Of a stretch of 64,000 nt of DNA, positions 1-12,793 are shown in pieces. The position numbers and the translations under genes were made by a program. The notes below the pieces were generated by a model, which saw only the letters and a list, made by a program, of their open reading frames with translations, was not told the origin of the DNA and did no database searches. The stretch spans positions 14,632,001 through 14,696,000 of the forward strand of contig NC_047068.1 of assembly GCF_902459465.1 (NCBI RefSeq), in the 5' to 3' direction. The stretch's first letter is position 1. Every line of letters begins with the position of its first letter. The stretch is from Asterias rubens. Lineage: Eukaryota.

Positions 1-299
1 TAAACCTGTGACATAACTTAATTACTAAGAAATGTGGGCGAATGTTTCGTTGATTCATTGCATTAAATTCTATCAACGTATGTAAACATCCCCATGTGGT
101 TGCCCCTCCCTCATTTTGGCTCAACTCCAAAAGCACACCGCTCACGGTCCATGTTTGTTTGAACTGCAGGTTTCAGAGCACGTGGGTTGTCCTTTCTTTG
201 TGGTGGAAGTGTAGGGCTTGCACCGTTTGGGATTCTCGTTGTGGGTCATATTATTATTTTCAGATTTTTTTCCCGCCCCTCAAAAATTCTTGTGTATGA

Positions 300-3200
300 T
301 TTGTTTTCCACTCCAAAGCGTCCAGTCCATTAATAATCTTGGAAACTTGCCCAAGGTTTATAGGCATTTCAGCTGAATCCAACGTGTTGCGTAATCAACC
401 AATAGACCTATTTACATAGCCACACAACATGCCATATAAACCTTACAAGCCTTACATCTTCTTCAATTCAAGCTGTAAACTTATATAAAGGGCTGATTTT
501 TACCTTCATTGTTGCAGCTTTATTTATCAGTAGCGTCTTTAGATATAAATGTCACTATCATCTAAGTTAGTATACAGCTTTGATGAATCGTCCTGAGAAA
601 TGTTGCCTTCGAAAACAATACCATAAAGTAGTCCCACACTGCTTGCAAGAACCATGCAAGAACAAACTTTGGTGTTTAATTGACAACATGAGTTTTGTCA
701 TACCAAAATTGACTACATCAATAGGTGTTAAACAACAACACTTATTTTTTGTTTAACCCTATGGTGTTAATGCTTGATTCTCTCTATGTAAGGGTGTCAG
801 TAAACTTTAAAACACCCAAGTTTCTGAAGTTTACAATTCCAGAACTTTGTTCCAATTTTGAACCACTAGCACACTCTCAAAAGAAACTGCACTTTGCTGT
901 TTTGAAATTTGAAGAACATTTCCACTGGTAATCAGAAATTCATGTATATAGCTATTAACCGCACGTTTGCAGGTGTATTGGTTGAAAAGCTGATGGATGC
1001 CTTGGATGCCTTTCCATCCAGGGCCGAGGTGTCAACAAAAACCGGTGTACAGTACCTTATAGTTATAAGTTATAACTCGTTTTAATGTTAGTTTTCCGCT
1101 TGTTTATCACGCACGGCCTCAAGCACCTTCATCCAACACCACGCACTGTGGGGGTGCCAATGATGTGTGCAAGATGGGTACGTTACAACCAAATTAAAGG
1201 TATTGGGTACAAGACATTATTTGAAGTTTTAGCCTGAAAGTCGACTGAATATGACGTTTATAACTAGAACCATTTTGTCTGTAAATATGTCCCTCTGAAA
1301 TGAAGTTATATTCGAGAAACTGTAGGCCTGTCTGAAAACCAATAAAAAAGCAACAGCTGATTGTAGTTGTTAACCAAAATGAATGACAATGTGTTTACAA
1401 TGCTAAAAGTTGTGCGTGGGGGTTTTCACAATTGTCTCTTGACCCACACAATGCATTGAGCCCAAACTTTCACTGGTTTGTTATATCATACTGTATGCAT
1501 AATATGGTTGTTCACACAAAGCATGAACTTTTTCTCTGTGGCTATTATGCCAGCTCTACCAAGCCTATAGAATTGCTTTAAGTTTCTTTGCTGTCGATCA
1601 ACATGCTTGAAAGTTCGTTGTGACATCATGGCAACTCGTGTATAATGTTCTTGCTCATGGGATTGTAGGTCACATCGTCACATTATGTGTGTTTTGCACG
1701 TAATAGAATTTTCAAGAGGCTATACGTGCACGTATAAACTGATCTCTGTTGCCATGAACTTGAGAACCTTTCCAGTAACGTTCTTAACCCCGGGTGACAT
1801 GGGAAAGTTTCTTGCGCAATGCGGTCAGGCTGAATGTAATAAGTAGATTTGTGGTCGTTAAAAGTCAATCTCGCAGTCCCATTAGAATCAACGAGCTTGA
1901 CTTTCAAAATGGTTCCAAGCTTTAACTCTTCGTTGTGGAACAGCTGGGCCCAAATTTTTGTTAGAAGCAGGAAGTATTGCTTTAGGCATTTCTTTGCCGA
2001 GTCAAAATTAGCAGGGAGCCAGTGACAAATCATATATAATGACGTGGTGTTTTGACTGGCAAGTTTTATGGCAAATGTAATATTTATATTGCACTTTAAA
2101 AATTTTGAGAGGGCTTTAGTTTTCGCTTTTCAAAGCGGAAGATTCGTGCCAGCTCATACTTGTTTTGTGATACTCCCAGCCTCCAATTCAAAATAGTTTC
2201 CCGTATTTGTAAATATACAGGTCCACAATTTTTGTTTTATGGGAGGTCCAGGTCATGGAGCTCCAGGTAAAGCTAAATCTTATACACTATTCGAAACAAG
2301 GGTTCTCTTTACAATACAAACAACGGTGCATTCTTGCACGAGGTAACGGAATACCTGCCTGTGACCTTTAAACACACATCTTGTGAGCTGCTTTTCAAAC
2401 CAAAAAATGATTTATAAACCATATGCCAATCATAATCCATCTAGCTGCACGCTGGGCCGGCTGTTTACTCCAGCTCGACAACTGCTTTACCAGATCGAAA
2501 TACCGGCCGGTGTTTTGGCGCGTCCTCGCCTCGTGGCCCCATGTTTTGGTTTGTACGAACCACGTGGTGACACCGGCTCCACTGTGGGGGGATTAGTGGC
2601 CTCATTGTTCCAAAGAAACAGAAGAGACTGGGACTACAATCAGGTCATGTTGGTTGTATGTATTCCTGATTATACCTTGCCCTTCAGCAATGGTATGTAA
2701 TGGTCGGAGCTGAGAGTAGCTGTATTGCTTGTGACCTGATAAAAAAAACAAAATATTTTGTGCATGTGAAGTAGGTCACTGATGATTCTGGGCTTGGGTA
2801 GGGCTTTTGGAGTCATCGGCACTGGTTCAGTTCTGAGTGGAATGCATTTTGTAATGTATGCTGACCGGACAGTTTTTATACCAGGACACGGTTCCGGTTA
2901 CTCATCGTAGGCGCGCTCTTAGGCTAAATTATTTCCCTGCTGTTTTCCTTGTGGTTTCATGATTACACACTAAAATCGTTAAATTGAGCACTTATTTCTA
3001 CTGAAAAAGGTTTCATTTGTGATATTTGAACACCCAATTAGTCATTTGAAACAAATACATCTAAACTATAAGCAAAATCAATGGTTGTGTGAGGGTTTCT
3101 GAATAAATATGTAACCCAACCTTTCTGCATTGTAATGAGGAAGAATATAGTCCACACAGGTGGACATGTTGACAACACGTTGGCACCACGTGGAGTGAAC

Positions 3201-3400
3201 TGTCATGCAAATAAACTGTTTGGGAAACACCATTATATGCCCTTACACAACACTGGATTGCTGGATTCGACACAGATTTCTTTACACTCTGTAAACCCAA
3301 TAAACATTAGCTGGAGAAGTTTGGCCTACGTGCAATATCTATGTGTTTGGGTTGTCACGGGCGACAGAATGGTCTTTTTGTAAAAATGTAGGCCGACAAG
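300..3400 (-). pseudogene. Possible heavily decayed coding remnant (transposon-like; weak OTU/vertnin-like hints)
   Basis: Minus-strand frames give protein-like stretches broken by stops and frameshifts, including ORF 1683-2033. Fragments in order: VLCKGI*WCFPNS (~3240), CQRVVNM (~3175), VRSAYITKCIP (~2860), SDHYIPLL (~2690). These loosely recall the GDGNC...HxxPL order of OTU proteases. No intact ORF or termini found. Confidence 0.2.
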
Positions 3401-4097
3401 AAAGTTTTTACTGTACGAACTAAACTCTGCAACATGGTGTTCGGTATAACAATATGTGTGAATTCTTGTATAAAAATTTGAATTTATTTATTTTTAGTAG
3501 GAAATTAGGGCTCGATATAATCCAGATTATCTTTTCATTTTATTCAAGGGTTATTATTAAAATTATTTAAACAAGATGCATTCATTAAATTACACGTGCA
3601 TTCCACATTCCACATTACATTAGGGGAGTTGCACACATCGTACACGCATGTATATGTATTGACATACATGTATGTCAGTATTTTGTATACCACAGTGCTG
3701 TGTTTTGACATCTTACTTGGCTGAGCAATTAAGATTGGTGCACAGTTAAGATAACTCTTATCTCTTTGTGAAATCGACACCCAAGATTGAGTGATTATGG
3801 GGATTGGTGTAACCATAATATAACCTCGTGCCTGCAACCATATTGATCTATGCTGCAACTGTCTTGTCCACCAGTGTTTGGTGTAAAAATGTCACACCCG
3901 TGCAGATTTCCATTGAAATAGATTACGTTTTAAGTGTTGGTCTTATGGTCTTAATAAACCCCGGTGTTGTTACAATATAGAAACTGAAAGAAACATTTTA
4001 AGATCTTAGTGTTTGCGGTGAGTAATTCAATTCATTTTTTGATTGACATCCAGGCGGCACGTTCTCACGGTCACCCACTTCGCCGTCCGCTGCTGTG

Positions 4098-4286
4098 ATT
4101 GGCTGGGGGTGACCCAACACTCTGCTGTCATTGGCTTAGGGGTCGACCCAATACCCCGGACGTTCAGATGAAAGAACCAGTGCGGTTTTAAGCTTGTAAA
4201 CACTTTTCCCTTCCTCCCACAAAGGGGCTTTGTGTGCGTTAGGTGATAAACAACCAGGGACCTGGGGACGTAATAATAGTATAAAA
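4098..4286 (+). promoter_or_regulatory. Putative Pol II promoter of anaphylatoxin-like gene 1
   Basis: Two reverse CCAAT boxes (ATTGG at 4098 and 4130) and TATAAAA at 4280-4286, about 150 nt before the ATG. Possible short 5'UTR intron 4348-4400 (GTAAGC...TTGCAG). Confidence 0.5.
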
Positions 4287-4438
4287 ACTCTGGGCAAAAC
4301 AACTTTAGACCCAGAAGGACACTACGCTCGATCGAATTCAGAAACTCGTAAGCTGCTCGACACTTCGTTATCAACAACTCTCAGTTAAAAAAAATTGCAG
4401 AGATTGAAAGTGATTCAAGAGATTGAAAGAAGACGAAA

Positions 4439-6060
4439 ATGAAGTCACAATTAGCTCTCCTCTGCTTGGCATCAATCGTGGTCGCCGTACGTGCGGGTGA
4501 GTTTCGTTTCTTGTATTTTATTTATTTACATCATGGAGGAAATCAGAAATATCTTCCTACATGTTTACATTCAGGTTTTTTTTTTCTGTAAGAGTACCGA
4601 TGAGTTTAACCTTATAAAAGGTGATGGTTTAACTCCACATTGCCAGTAGAAGCACCTGTCGAGAGCAAAGAATGAACTTTCAATCATCCTTTTCATTTTT
4701 ATTAGCAAAAGTGTATTGCCGAAAAAAGTGTAAAACTCAAATTTTATTGGACGAGTTTGAGTATTCTCAATACAGAAATTGTCTTTTCGATGTGTCTATG
4801 AATATGATGGTCGTTGATCGTTGAAACCAGCTTTCAAATAATGTGAGGCCTTTTCACAATACCTTAAAATTATCGAAGTTGTACCATGGAGAAAGAACTA
4901 AATAATATGGGATGTTTATAGGAACGTCGAAACGAGGATGGTCACATACTTAAATATTTGTTTTCTTTTCTGCTGGATCTCGGCATTAGTATAAGGTTAT
5001 TTACCTCTGCTGGATCTCGGCATTAGTATAAGGTTATTTACCTCTCTCCTCTCGGAGCAATGTTGCTTTGAAATAACCGATTATGTGTAATCAAAGGGCA
5101 AATAATTGTTGAGTTCTCCTCTGAATTATACTCTTAACGTGACATGTTTCACGTCGGGGCCAGTTACAATGATCGTGCATTAACCCGTATTCAAGGTGAT
5201 TGTTTAACTCAATGGTGCCGGTTTGCCTTTATAGTGAATGGCTAGCATGTGAACGGTTATCTTGCCGTTTCATTAGTTAACATGGTTTTGTTTTTCAAGT
5301 GAAATGGGGATGACTTTCAACACTGAATTAGCAAGCTGGACAACTTGGAGTCAATTTGACCGGTCTTCGTGTTGTTGTTTTTTAGTTTTTTTTTTTTTAC
5401 TATAGGCCTACATGCAGTGTTTGTGGAGAGGCCTAATTATGAAACCACATCCCAGTCTAATCGGGGCTCATAATAATCGAAACTTTATTGCCAACGAGCA
5501 TCAAACCATTGTGTGTTCGTTTTCAAAATCCTCAACTAATTTGGCTTATTATGTTTTTATCTTTTCTCGAAGAAGTGAAAGTTGACCAACCCAACTTCCC
5601 AGATGACGTAACGGTACCAGAGCCATCTCCACCAGCCCAAGACGACCCTGCCGATACTCTCGAAGATCTGGAGAAAGAGATCTTCGAAGACGTCGCCCTG
5701 GCCGAGGAGATGTACCCAAGACGCACCCACACGTCCCCGAGAAAATGCTGCAAGCTCGGCAGGCAGGTCGCTGAGAACGGGCTCTTCTGCAACGCAGACC
5801 TCATGCAAGTCCAGAAGCGACCCAATGTCATCCACCGTAAGAAGATGAAGTTTCACGGCCCTGTTGTTCACGGCAAGACGGTATACAAGGACCTGATGCG
5901 CCGTGTGGAGAAGTGCTCAGCAGCCAAGGCGTCCAAGAGCATGTTCACGAAATGCTGCGAATGGCAGGAAGACATTATGGGTGATTTAGAGCAGTGCAAG
6001 ACCCTACTTACTGGCACCGAGAGGAGGGAGTGCAGGAGGAGGGTGCAATCGAGACAGTGA
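4439..6060 (+). CDS. Secreted stand-alone anaphylatoxin-like (CC-C-C-CC) precursor protein 1, 181 aa, 2 coding exons
   Basis: Exon 4439-4496 encodes the signal-peptide-like MKSQLALLCLASIVVAVRA and ends at a phase-1 GTGAGT donor. Exon 5573-6060 (acceptor CTCGAAG) continues in frame: acidic pro-region, YPRR, then CCKLGRQVAENGLFC-x41-C-x12-CC (MFTKCC) plus a C-x11-C tail. Stop at 6058-6060, AATAAA at 6103. Confidence 0.85.
4969..5042. repeat. Perfect 37-bp tandem duplication in intron
   Basis: TCTGCTGGATCTCGGCATTAGTATAAGGTTATTTACC at 4969 and 5006. Confidence 0.9.
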
Positions 6061-9000
6061 AGCTGCTACTACTTGCCAAACTGAACTTTAAAGACTATGC
6101 AAAATAAACTATTACAAAATAAATGTGCTTTGCGAACTTTTGGTCTTCGTATGTTAATTAAACTATCGGGGAACAATGTTCTTCAATTTAAGGGGGCAGA
6201 AACGAAACGGGTGCGATGTTACCCCCCCCCCCAAGCCCAAATACATTCTTGAAATTTCTTTGTTTTTTAAAGTAATGCTGAATTTCATTTTGTGCAAAAA
6301 CATCGAGTTTGTTGGTTCGTCTCCGGTAGGCTTTGGCAAAAACCGTTGTGGCATTTGACCTGGTGTTTTTGTAAGCCCGGTGAGCCTTTGCAACAACACA
6401 CAACAACAAAATATAAAGTACCCCCACCCCTCCCCAAGGCTATAATTTTTCTATGCAATTTGCGTATTCCCGGGGGTCGAATACATGCAAATAAGCAGAG
6501 CTCTAGGAGTACAAGTAAAACCTTCACATCAATATTTGCAGGTGATTTCTTAGTTCTGGCCTTGTTTAAGTCAATACAAAACGACTGAGTCTATTTACCA
6601 GCTTTACAAAGAGGCTCGCTCTTAAAGGAGCTTAATATTGATCTGATTGCCTTAGTGCTTCTGAGCGCCTATTTCTCTCTGGGACATTATAATAGGTATA
6701 TTGTAGTTAGAGGCCTAGTTTCCTGGAGGGGGTTCGCTTCCGTATTGATTGTTTTCTCCAAACTTTGTATTTTAACTAAGAAGGTTTTGCGTAAGCACGA
6801 AGCAAGGGGGACATTCTGGGAATTTTGTTTGCCTCTCTCCCAAACCCGGTTGTATAATCCTACCCATCTTATTCTTCAGCTGTTTGCATGTTCCTAAAAA
6901 TTATACATTTCCCCAAATAAGCAAAATTTATATATACTTTTTTCTGTATAGCTGTGGATATGTTTAATAGAATACTTTGTATATATTAAATGTACATATT
7001 ATTTCGCTTATTATTATAAGTCATTCAAACAGTATTAGAAAGGGGTGTTGCTGAAAGTTGATAAGCCTTTCGTCGAGGCTTTCGTGGCTTGTTGTCGAAG
7101 ATGTGCAACCGTCTTGAAGGGGAGACTACATGAAGTGTGGTCTTCGATTCAAGTCACTCTAAGCTACGAAGGCCCTGACGAAATGGGAGGGCACTGGCGA
7201 CTGATTAATTTTTTTGTCAGTAACATTTTGTTTCATGGTATACATGTACATGTAGTTTGATTGATAAGATGGTTAATGTAATTCTGGGACCTTGCAGTCA
7301 TCTTCTACTTTTGTTTCTTTGATATTTCAAAATTGATAAGTTCTGGAGTCAGGGGTCTTCCTGTTGGTTTTTCTTTCGAAGCTCTTTCGAGCGTATTGTA
7401 CGGGATAATAAAGTACGTTTTTTGTAAAAGAATGTAAATAGTATAAAAATTCAATTTTGTATAGATTAAAAATGCTAATGAAAATAAATTATTTGTGTGG
7501 CATGCAATTTGACCACATTGAAATAAAAAAAAAACTTAAAGATTTCTTTCCTTTACATGTACCATTGTCAATAAGCCATTTTCGAGTATGTTAAATTTGA
7601 ATGCCTTCAAGACTTGCTAGTTCCATGACGCATGTTGCTGCTTTAAATTGAATTCCTCCTACTAGAGTGTTGGATGCTTGGTTCAAGACGATGCAGGCTC
7701 AGTGTCTTCAAACGTTGGATAATGGCTAATGTAATTTCTTGAAATACTTTTCATAATAAGTTATGCAGTCTCGTAATTTGGATAAGGGCACTTTTAGAAC
7801 CCCATACAAACCATGCAGAAGACGGAACAAAAATCGCATGAGTCGTACTGGGGGTGTCTTCATAGTTTAAGTATCTTTTCACAAATTCATCACAAAGGAC
7901 GATTAAACGAAGTAACTTTTCATTAATTCATCACAAATGACATTTAGCCTCTATTGAGGTGTCAAGAATGCATAAATCACTAAATACAAAGGAGAAACAA
8001 CCTAATATTTGTGGCACCGAGTTCATGGCCATTCAACCGTAGACTCTCTATGGTCCTTTTATTTAAAAATCCATTGGAGTGTGATGATTAATTTTCTCGA
8101 CAATAAATCCAAACCCTCTTTGTTAGAAAACCCACTCACAAAAAAAAAATCAAAGTAAGGCAACCCACTCAAGTTCATGCTTTTTTGTCAAAATTGTTTA
8201 TAGCATTGTTTTCACGTGACGTGTTCTTTTGCTAACAGTTCGCTGTACTATGTATTCACTCTAAACAAAAAGGGGGACACACAAAAAAGTAACCTTTACT
8301 CTGGAAAGTAAAGGAAAACACTTTCAAAGAATGAACAGTCGTAGGGTAAACCTTTACAATTTTCACACACAGAGAGGGCGCTCTTACTTTCTCAGATCGC
8401 TCGCTCACTTTTGTTTTCTTTTTTTTATTTCGCCAACAGCCGAAGACCCGTTTGTTTTTTGGTTTTCTTTTTGCTATTCACCGAGCAATTAAAATGTTGT
8501 TGTTATTCCCTTAAAAATTTTTTTAAAAAATCTTTGTTTATTTTTCGATACAAAATGTAATCATGGGGGACAACATTATATCTGTTATATAATACATTGT
8601 TATTACATTATTATTATTAAGATATGTTTGTGTTTGTATAATTCTTTGAACTGTTAACCCGACCTTTGCAACACCCCTAATCATTAGCAGACCATAATAT
8701 CAGCTGACTGAAATACGCATTGGTACAACTACACAGCAAAGCATGGGTTTTGTGCTCGGTGATAATAACAGTAATACCGATAAATTCTTCTTCTTTGTAT
8801 TATTTTCAGATTTGTATGTATGAAATATTTTTTGTTGTCAGCGGGTGGACGTAATCCGGTTAATACTCGAAGGTGCCATTGGACACCGTTTGTAAGAAAT
8901 GTTGTCAAACTAGGTCCTGGAAGTTCGAATACTTGCACAGTCTATTCCATAGAAATGTTAACCTATCTTGTTCATTTCATTTCAAAATATATGTGTACTT

Positions 9001-10545
9001 TCCGGTAAGCGGCCCAGAGTGCTCCCTGTACTTCTAACCGGATGGTAACATGTGAGGTACGGTGTGTTCATAAAGGCCAACCAATTGCAGAGATCACAAA
9101 AGGTAGCTAAGAACACAATAAAATGTTGCTTGCCAGAATAAGGTTACCAGCCAAACTATACCATGTCACATGAACAATGTGTGACTGGTATCCTACACTT
9201 TTCCTGCTAAGCAGAACATTCCTTAGGCAATATTTTCTGCTTTATATAAGCAGCTCAATGAAATTGTGCCCAGATTTCGCAAGAACATTTGCTCGTCCCC
9301 CATCATCAAACCGGATAAATAAAGCTCAGCACGAGAGGGCGCACTACATTGGACCTTTCAAATTGCTTGCTGAAGTTGTGTTCCTCCATGGTTGAAGTAA
9401 ACTCTTCTAACCTTGACTATCCACAGTCCATTCATTCAAAAATGATGAGCATTGCACAAATCAGCACCATGGTGTGACGTAAACATTAAGAGCCATTGAC
9501 TCCTAGAAAACCTTGATTTCATTACCAATGAAAAATGTAAGAAATGTAAACACGGGGTGCAATAACCCCGTATTATTGCCATCTGATTTTCTTGGAAACC
9601 AGTCGGGGTCTTACCTTACGGGCTGAGGTTCTCACCTTACGGGGTGAGATGAAGTGCTTGGACGGTATACGTGCAGATGTAACCGTGTTCAATATATATG
9701 GTTCAATCTTGAACTCCCCAGTGAAGTTATTTCATCACATCAGTGAAGAAGTAAGAGTGGGTGGTTGAACCATGATTGAACTTTTAGCAATCTGTGTAAA
9801 GAAAATGGTTTAAACAACGTACCCAGTACACATGTACGTTGTTTTCCCATGGTGTTGCCGTCTTTGGGTCCGTTGTGTGGTGGTGGTGGTGAGGGGGGGA
9901 TTATGACAGAAGGGTTTTCTTTCAGAAGGGGCTGGAATGATTCTATAATCCGAACATAATTATGTATTGTGTATTTGTAATACCATGCCCGACATATGGA
10001 GGGTGTGTGTCCCCATGGAGCAATAACCCAAACCCCCACCCTGCCCCCTCCCCCACCCTGGTCCGCCCCCCCCCCAAAAAAAAAGAACTTAAGAATATTT
10101 AATTTACTCGTTACTTTATGGAGACCGAGAACATAACAGAAAAGGGAATTCAAAGTATCCATTTAAAGAATAATCTGTAAAGACAAGGGCCGGTGTTTAA
10201 TGAAATTTTATAAACAAAGTCTTGGGATGTTCTGCCAGAGACAAGGGAAAGAACACAAGACATATCTATTTCTACCTCCATGCTTTAACGCACTCTTTCC
10301 CTCTTCCCAAGAAATAGCCCCTCCCCCTCCAACCCCATCTAATAAGATCCTCGTAAGAATTCCTGAGATTCCCAGATCGCACGAAGACGTGATAGGATGG
10401 GATACACTATGACACTTATCGAGCACATGGTTGTATACCATTGAATTCAAACACTTGTTCGACATTGTTTTGTTGCCATCATGTTTGCAAAAAACAATGT
10501 TTGTATTGTGTAGGATTTGAAACTTTGCATGGAGGAAATACGATA

Positions 10546-10876
10546 CAGAAAGGTTTGCGGTAACACCATGTAATGACTATCTCTAATGAGTTGGGGTGGT
10601 TCTGAAAAGAACCGTTGGTTTCAACTCGACGTTTCGATCAGTATGCTCTGATCGTCTTCTGGAGAAAGAACCGTTGGTTTCAACTCGACGTTTCGATCAG
10701 TATGCTCTGATCATCTTCTGGAGCCACCCTCCAGAAGTGGTCGTCTTCTGGAGCTTTCTCCAGAAGACGATCAGAGCATACTGATCGAAACTTCGAGTTG
10801 AAACCAACGGTTCTTTTCAGAACCACCGCAACTCATTAGAGATAGTCATTATATGGTGTTACCGCAAACCTTTCTA
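10546..10876. mobile_element. Palindromic non-autonomous DNA element (TA-flanked, Tc1/mariner-like ends)
   Basis: TA|CAGAAAGGTTTGCGGTAACACC...GGTGTTACCGCAAACCTTTCTA|TA. Nearly the whole element is a hairpin; the left arm carries a 59-bp tandem duplication (10611/10670). Confidence 0.75.
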
Positions 10877-11325
10877 TAATGTTTGTATGACTTGCTCTAT
10901 GTATGGGAGAGATTGACCGTTGTCAGCTTGGTGTTTATATCCCCCATGTGTGCAGTTTGCCGAGTTCCCTTGACGGGAAGATCATCTAATCAAACAAACA
11001 CTGGGGAAACAATACATAAATCAGTCCAAAATGACCGTACAAACATAAATAAATAAATGGAATACGCAAGATTCATATCGTCAACCAGGGCGAATGAAAA
11101 AGTTCGTTAGACTTTTCACCGTACGACACGTTGTTGTTTACAATTGCTCGATTTGCGACCTTTATCGCTAGCTTAAGTTCATTTGCGAGTGAATGCTACA
11201 AATCATCTTCCTTCAGTGATCATCCGATCTCAAGGAGAAAACAGTGTCATTAGAAGATCGTACGATCGTCCGTCGTGGAGATGGCGCAACCGCAGTCCCG
11301 CCCCCTTACCACCCCACCATCTTAA

Positions 11326-11703
11326 AGGCAGTGGACACTAATGGTATTTGTCAAAGACTAGCCTTCACAGTTGGTGTATCTCAACATATGCTTAAAATAA
11401 CAAACCTGTGAAAATTTGAGCTCAATCAGTCATCGAAGTTGCGAGATAATAATGAAAGAAAAAACACCCTTGTCACACGAAGTTTTGTGCGTTTAGATGG
11501 TTGATTTCGAGACCCCAAGTTCTAAATCTGAGGTCTCGAAATCAAATTCGTAGAAAATTACTTCTTTCTCGAAAATTATGGCACTTCAGAGGGAGCCGTT
11601 TCTCACAATGTTTTATACCATCAACCTCTCCCCATTACTCGTTACCAAGAAAGGTTTTATGCCAATAATTATTTTGAGTAACTACCAATAGTGTCCACTG
11701 CCT
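11326..11703 (-). mobile_element. TTAA-flanked MITE family A (Kolobok-like), full copy
   Basis: TTAA|AGGCAGTGGACAC...GTGTCCACTGCCT|TTAA. The body is the reverse complement of the copy at 62549-62926. TTAA target plus AG termini is the Kolobok signature; the superfamily assignment is inference. Confidence 0.8.
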
Positions 11704-11707
11704 TTAA

Positions 11708-11915
11708 AGGCCTGGACACTTTTGGTAATAACTCAAAATAATTGATAGCATAACATTTACTTGGTAACGAGCAATGGGGAGCTGTTGTTAGTATAAAACA
11801 TTGTGAGAAACGGCTCCCTCTGAAGTAAAAATAATAGTTTTTGAGAAAGAGATAAATTTCTCACTTAATTAATATTAAAAGACATGTATCTGAAGGCACA
11901 CTGAGTTGTGCAACC
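11708..11915 (+). mobile_element. MITE family A, truncated copy sharing the TTAA of the previous copy
   Basis: Starts AGGCCTGGACACTTTTGGTAAT immediately after TTAA 11704-11707 and shares the GAGAAACGGCTCCCTCTGAAGT core. Confidence 0.7.
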
Positions 11916-11926
11916 GACTCGTTGTA

Positions 11927-12265
11927 AGGCACTGGATAAGGATACGTAATTGTCAAAGACCAGTATTCTCACTTGGTGATCCCAACATAATCTGTGAAAA
12001 TTCGGACCCAATTGGTAATCGAAGTTGAGAGAGAATAAAGAAAGGAAAAAAACACCCACATTTTTGCACAAACTTGTGTGCCTAACATATTAAAAAGCTT
12101 CAGGGTGAGAAATTACCTCTTTATCAAAAACTACGTTACCTCAGCAGAGGGAGCCAGAATGTCTCATAATGTCTTATAATATCAACAGCTCTCCATTGCT
12201 ATTTACCAAGTAAATATTATGCTAACAATTATTTGGAGGAATTAATAAAATAGTGTTCCGTTCCT
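11927..12265 (-). mobile_element. MITE family A, diverged copy
   Basis: AGGCACTGG...GTAATTGTCAAAGACCAG at the left end; ends GTGTTCCGTTCCT|TTAA. Confidence 0.65.
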
Positions 12266-12793
12266 TTAAACATCTCGTGTTCGGAGATTCTCTTGAGGTT
12301 GGCACCCAAACATCATCCCATACTAATCTATCATGGCCCAGTGCCTTCCCAAGACGAATGCATCTTCACGTGGTTACTTATTAATTTCCTCAAAGTTATG
12401 TGATCGGCCAACTTCTCTTGGCAACATGCCAACGATAAAAACCGGCACAAACTTTAAAATAATTATTATTATTATTGGCAACAAGCCATGTAGTAAATAT
12501 TGTCAACAAATATTACCTTGCTTTTCCCTTTTGTAGATCGGGCCCGAAAAGGACCAACTTTTAAAGTTGGGTTTACAGCTCCATTGTTGTTGCCTTGTGG
12601 AAATTTCCCGGAGAGTAGTCACTCTCGAGAACAATCAATCACCAGCTGGTTTTTCTATGAGAGTGGTGATTCGTAAAAGAAAAAAAATCACCTGTTATAT
12701 CCATTGTTCAAAATTAATATCAACACCTGTCGAGATTGGTTTCGAAACCCAGAAGCCCACTGTACAATGGTGTCATTGTTCCGTGACCGTTAA

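Noticed and set aside
5532-5871. Antisense ORFs 5532-5831 and 5557-5871 (likewise 26062-26319, 26699-26920, 33757-33993, 44889-45242, 49376-49732)
   Set aside because: These are shadow frames opposite GC-richer real exons, with no independent motifs or splice signals.
7040-7960. Protein-like fragments on the minus strand (e.g. LIVLCDEFVKRY, IPYNTLERASKEKPTGRPLTPEL)
   Set aside because: Interrupted by stops, with no consistent splice path or recognisable domain; cannot be supported as a gene or pseudogene.
9880-10080. C/G homopolymer clusters with G-quadruplex potential (also 20036-20300)
   Set aside because: Such runs are scattered throughout the window as parts of common repeats; nothing locus-specific can be claimed.
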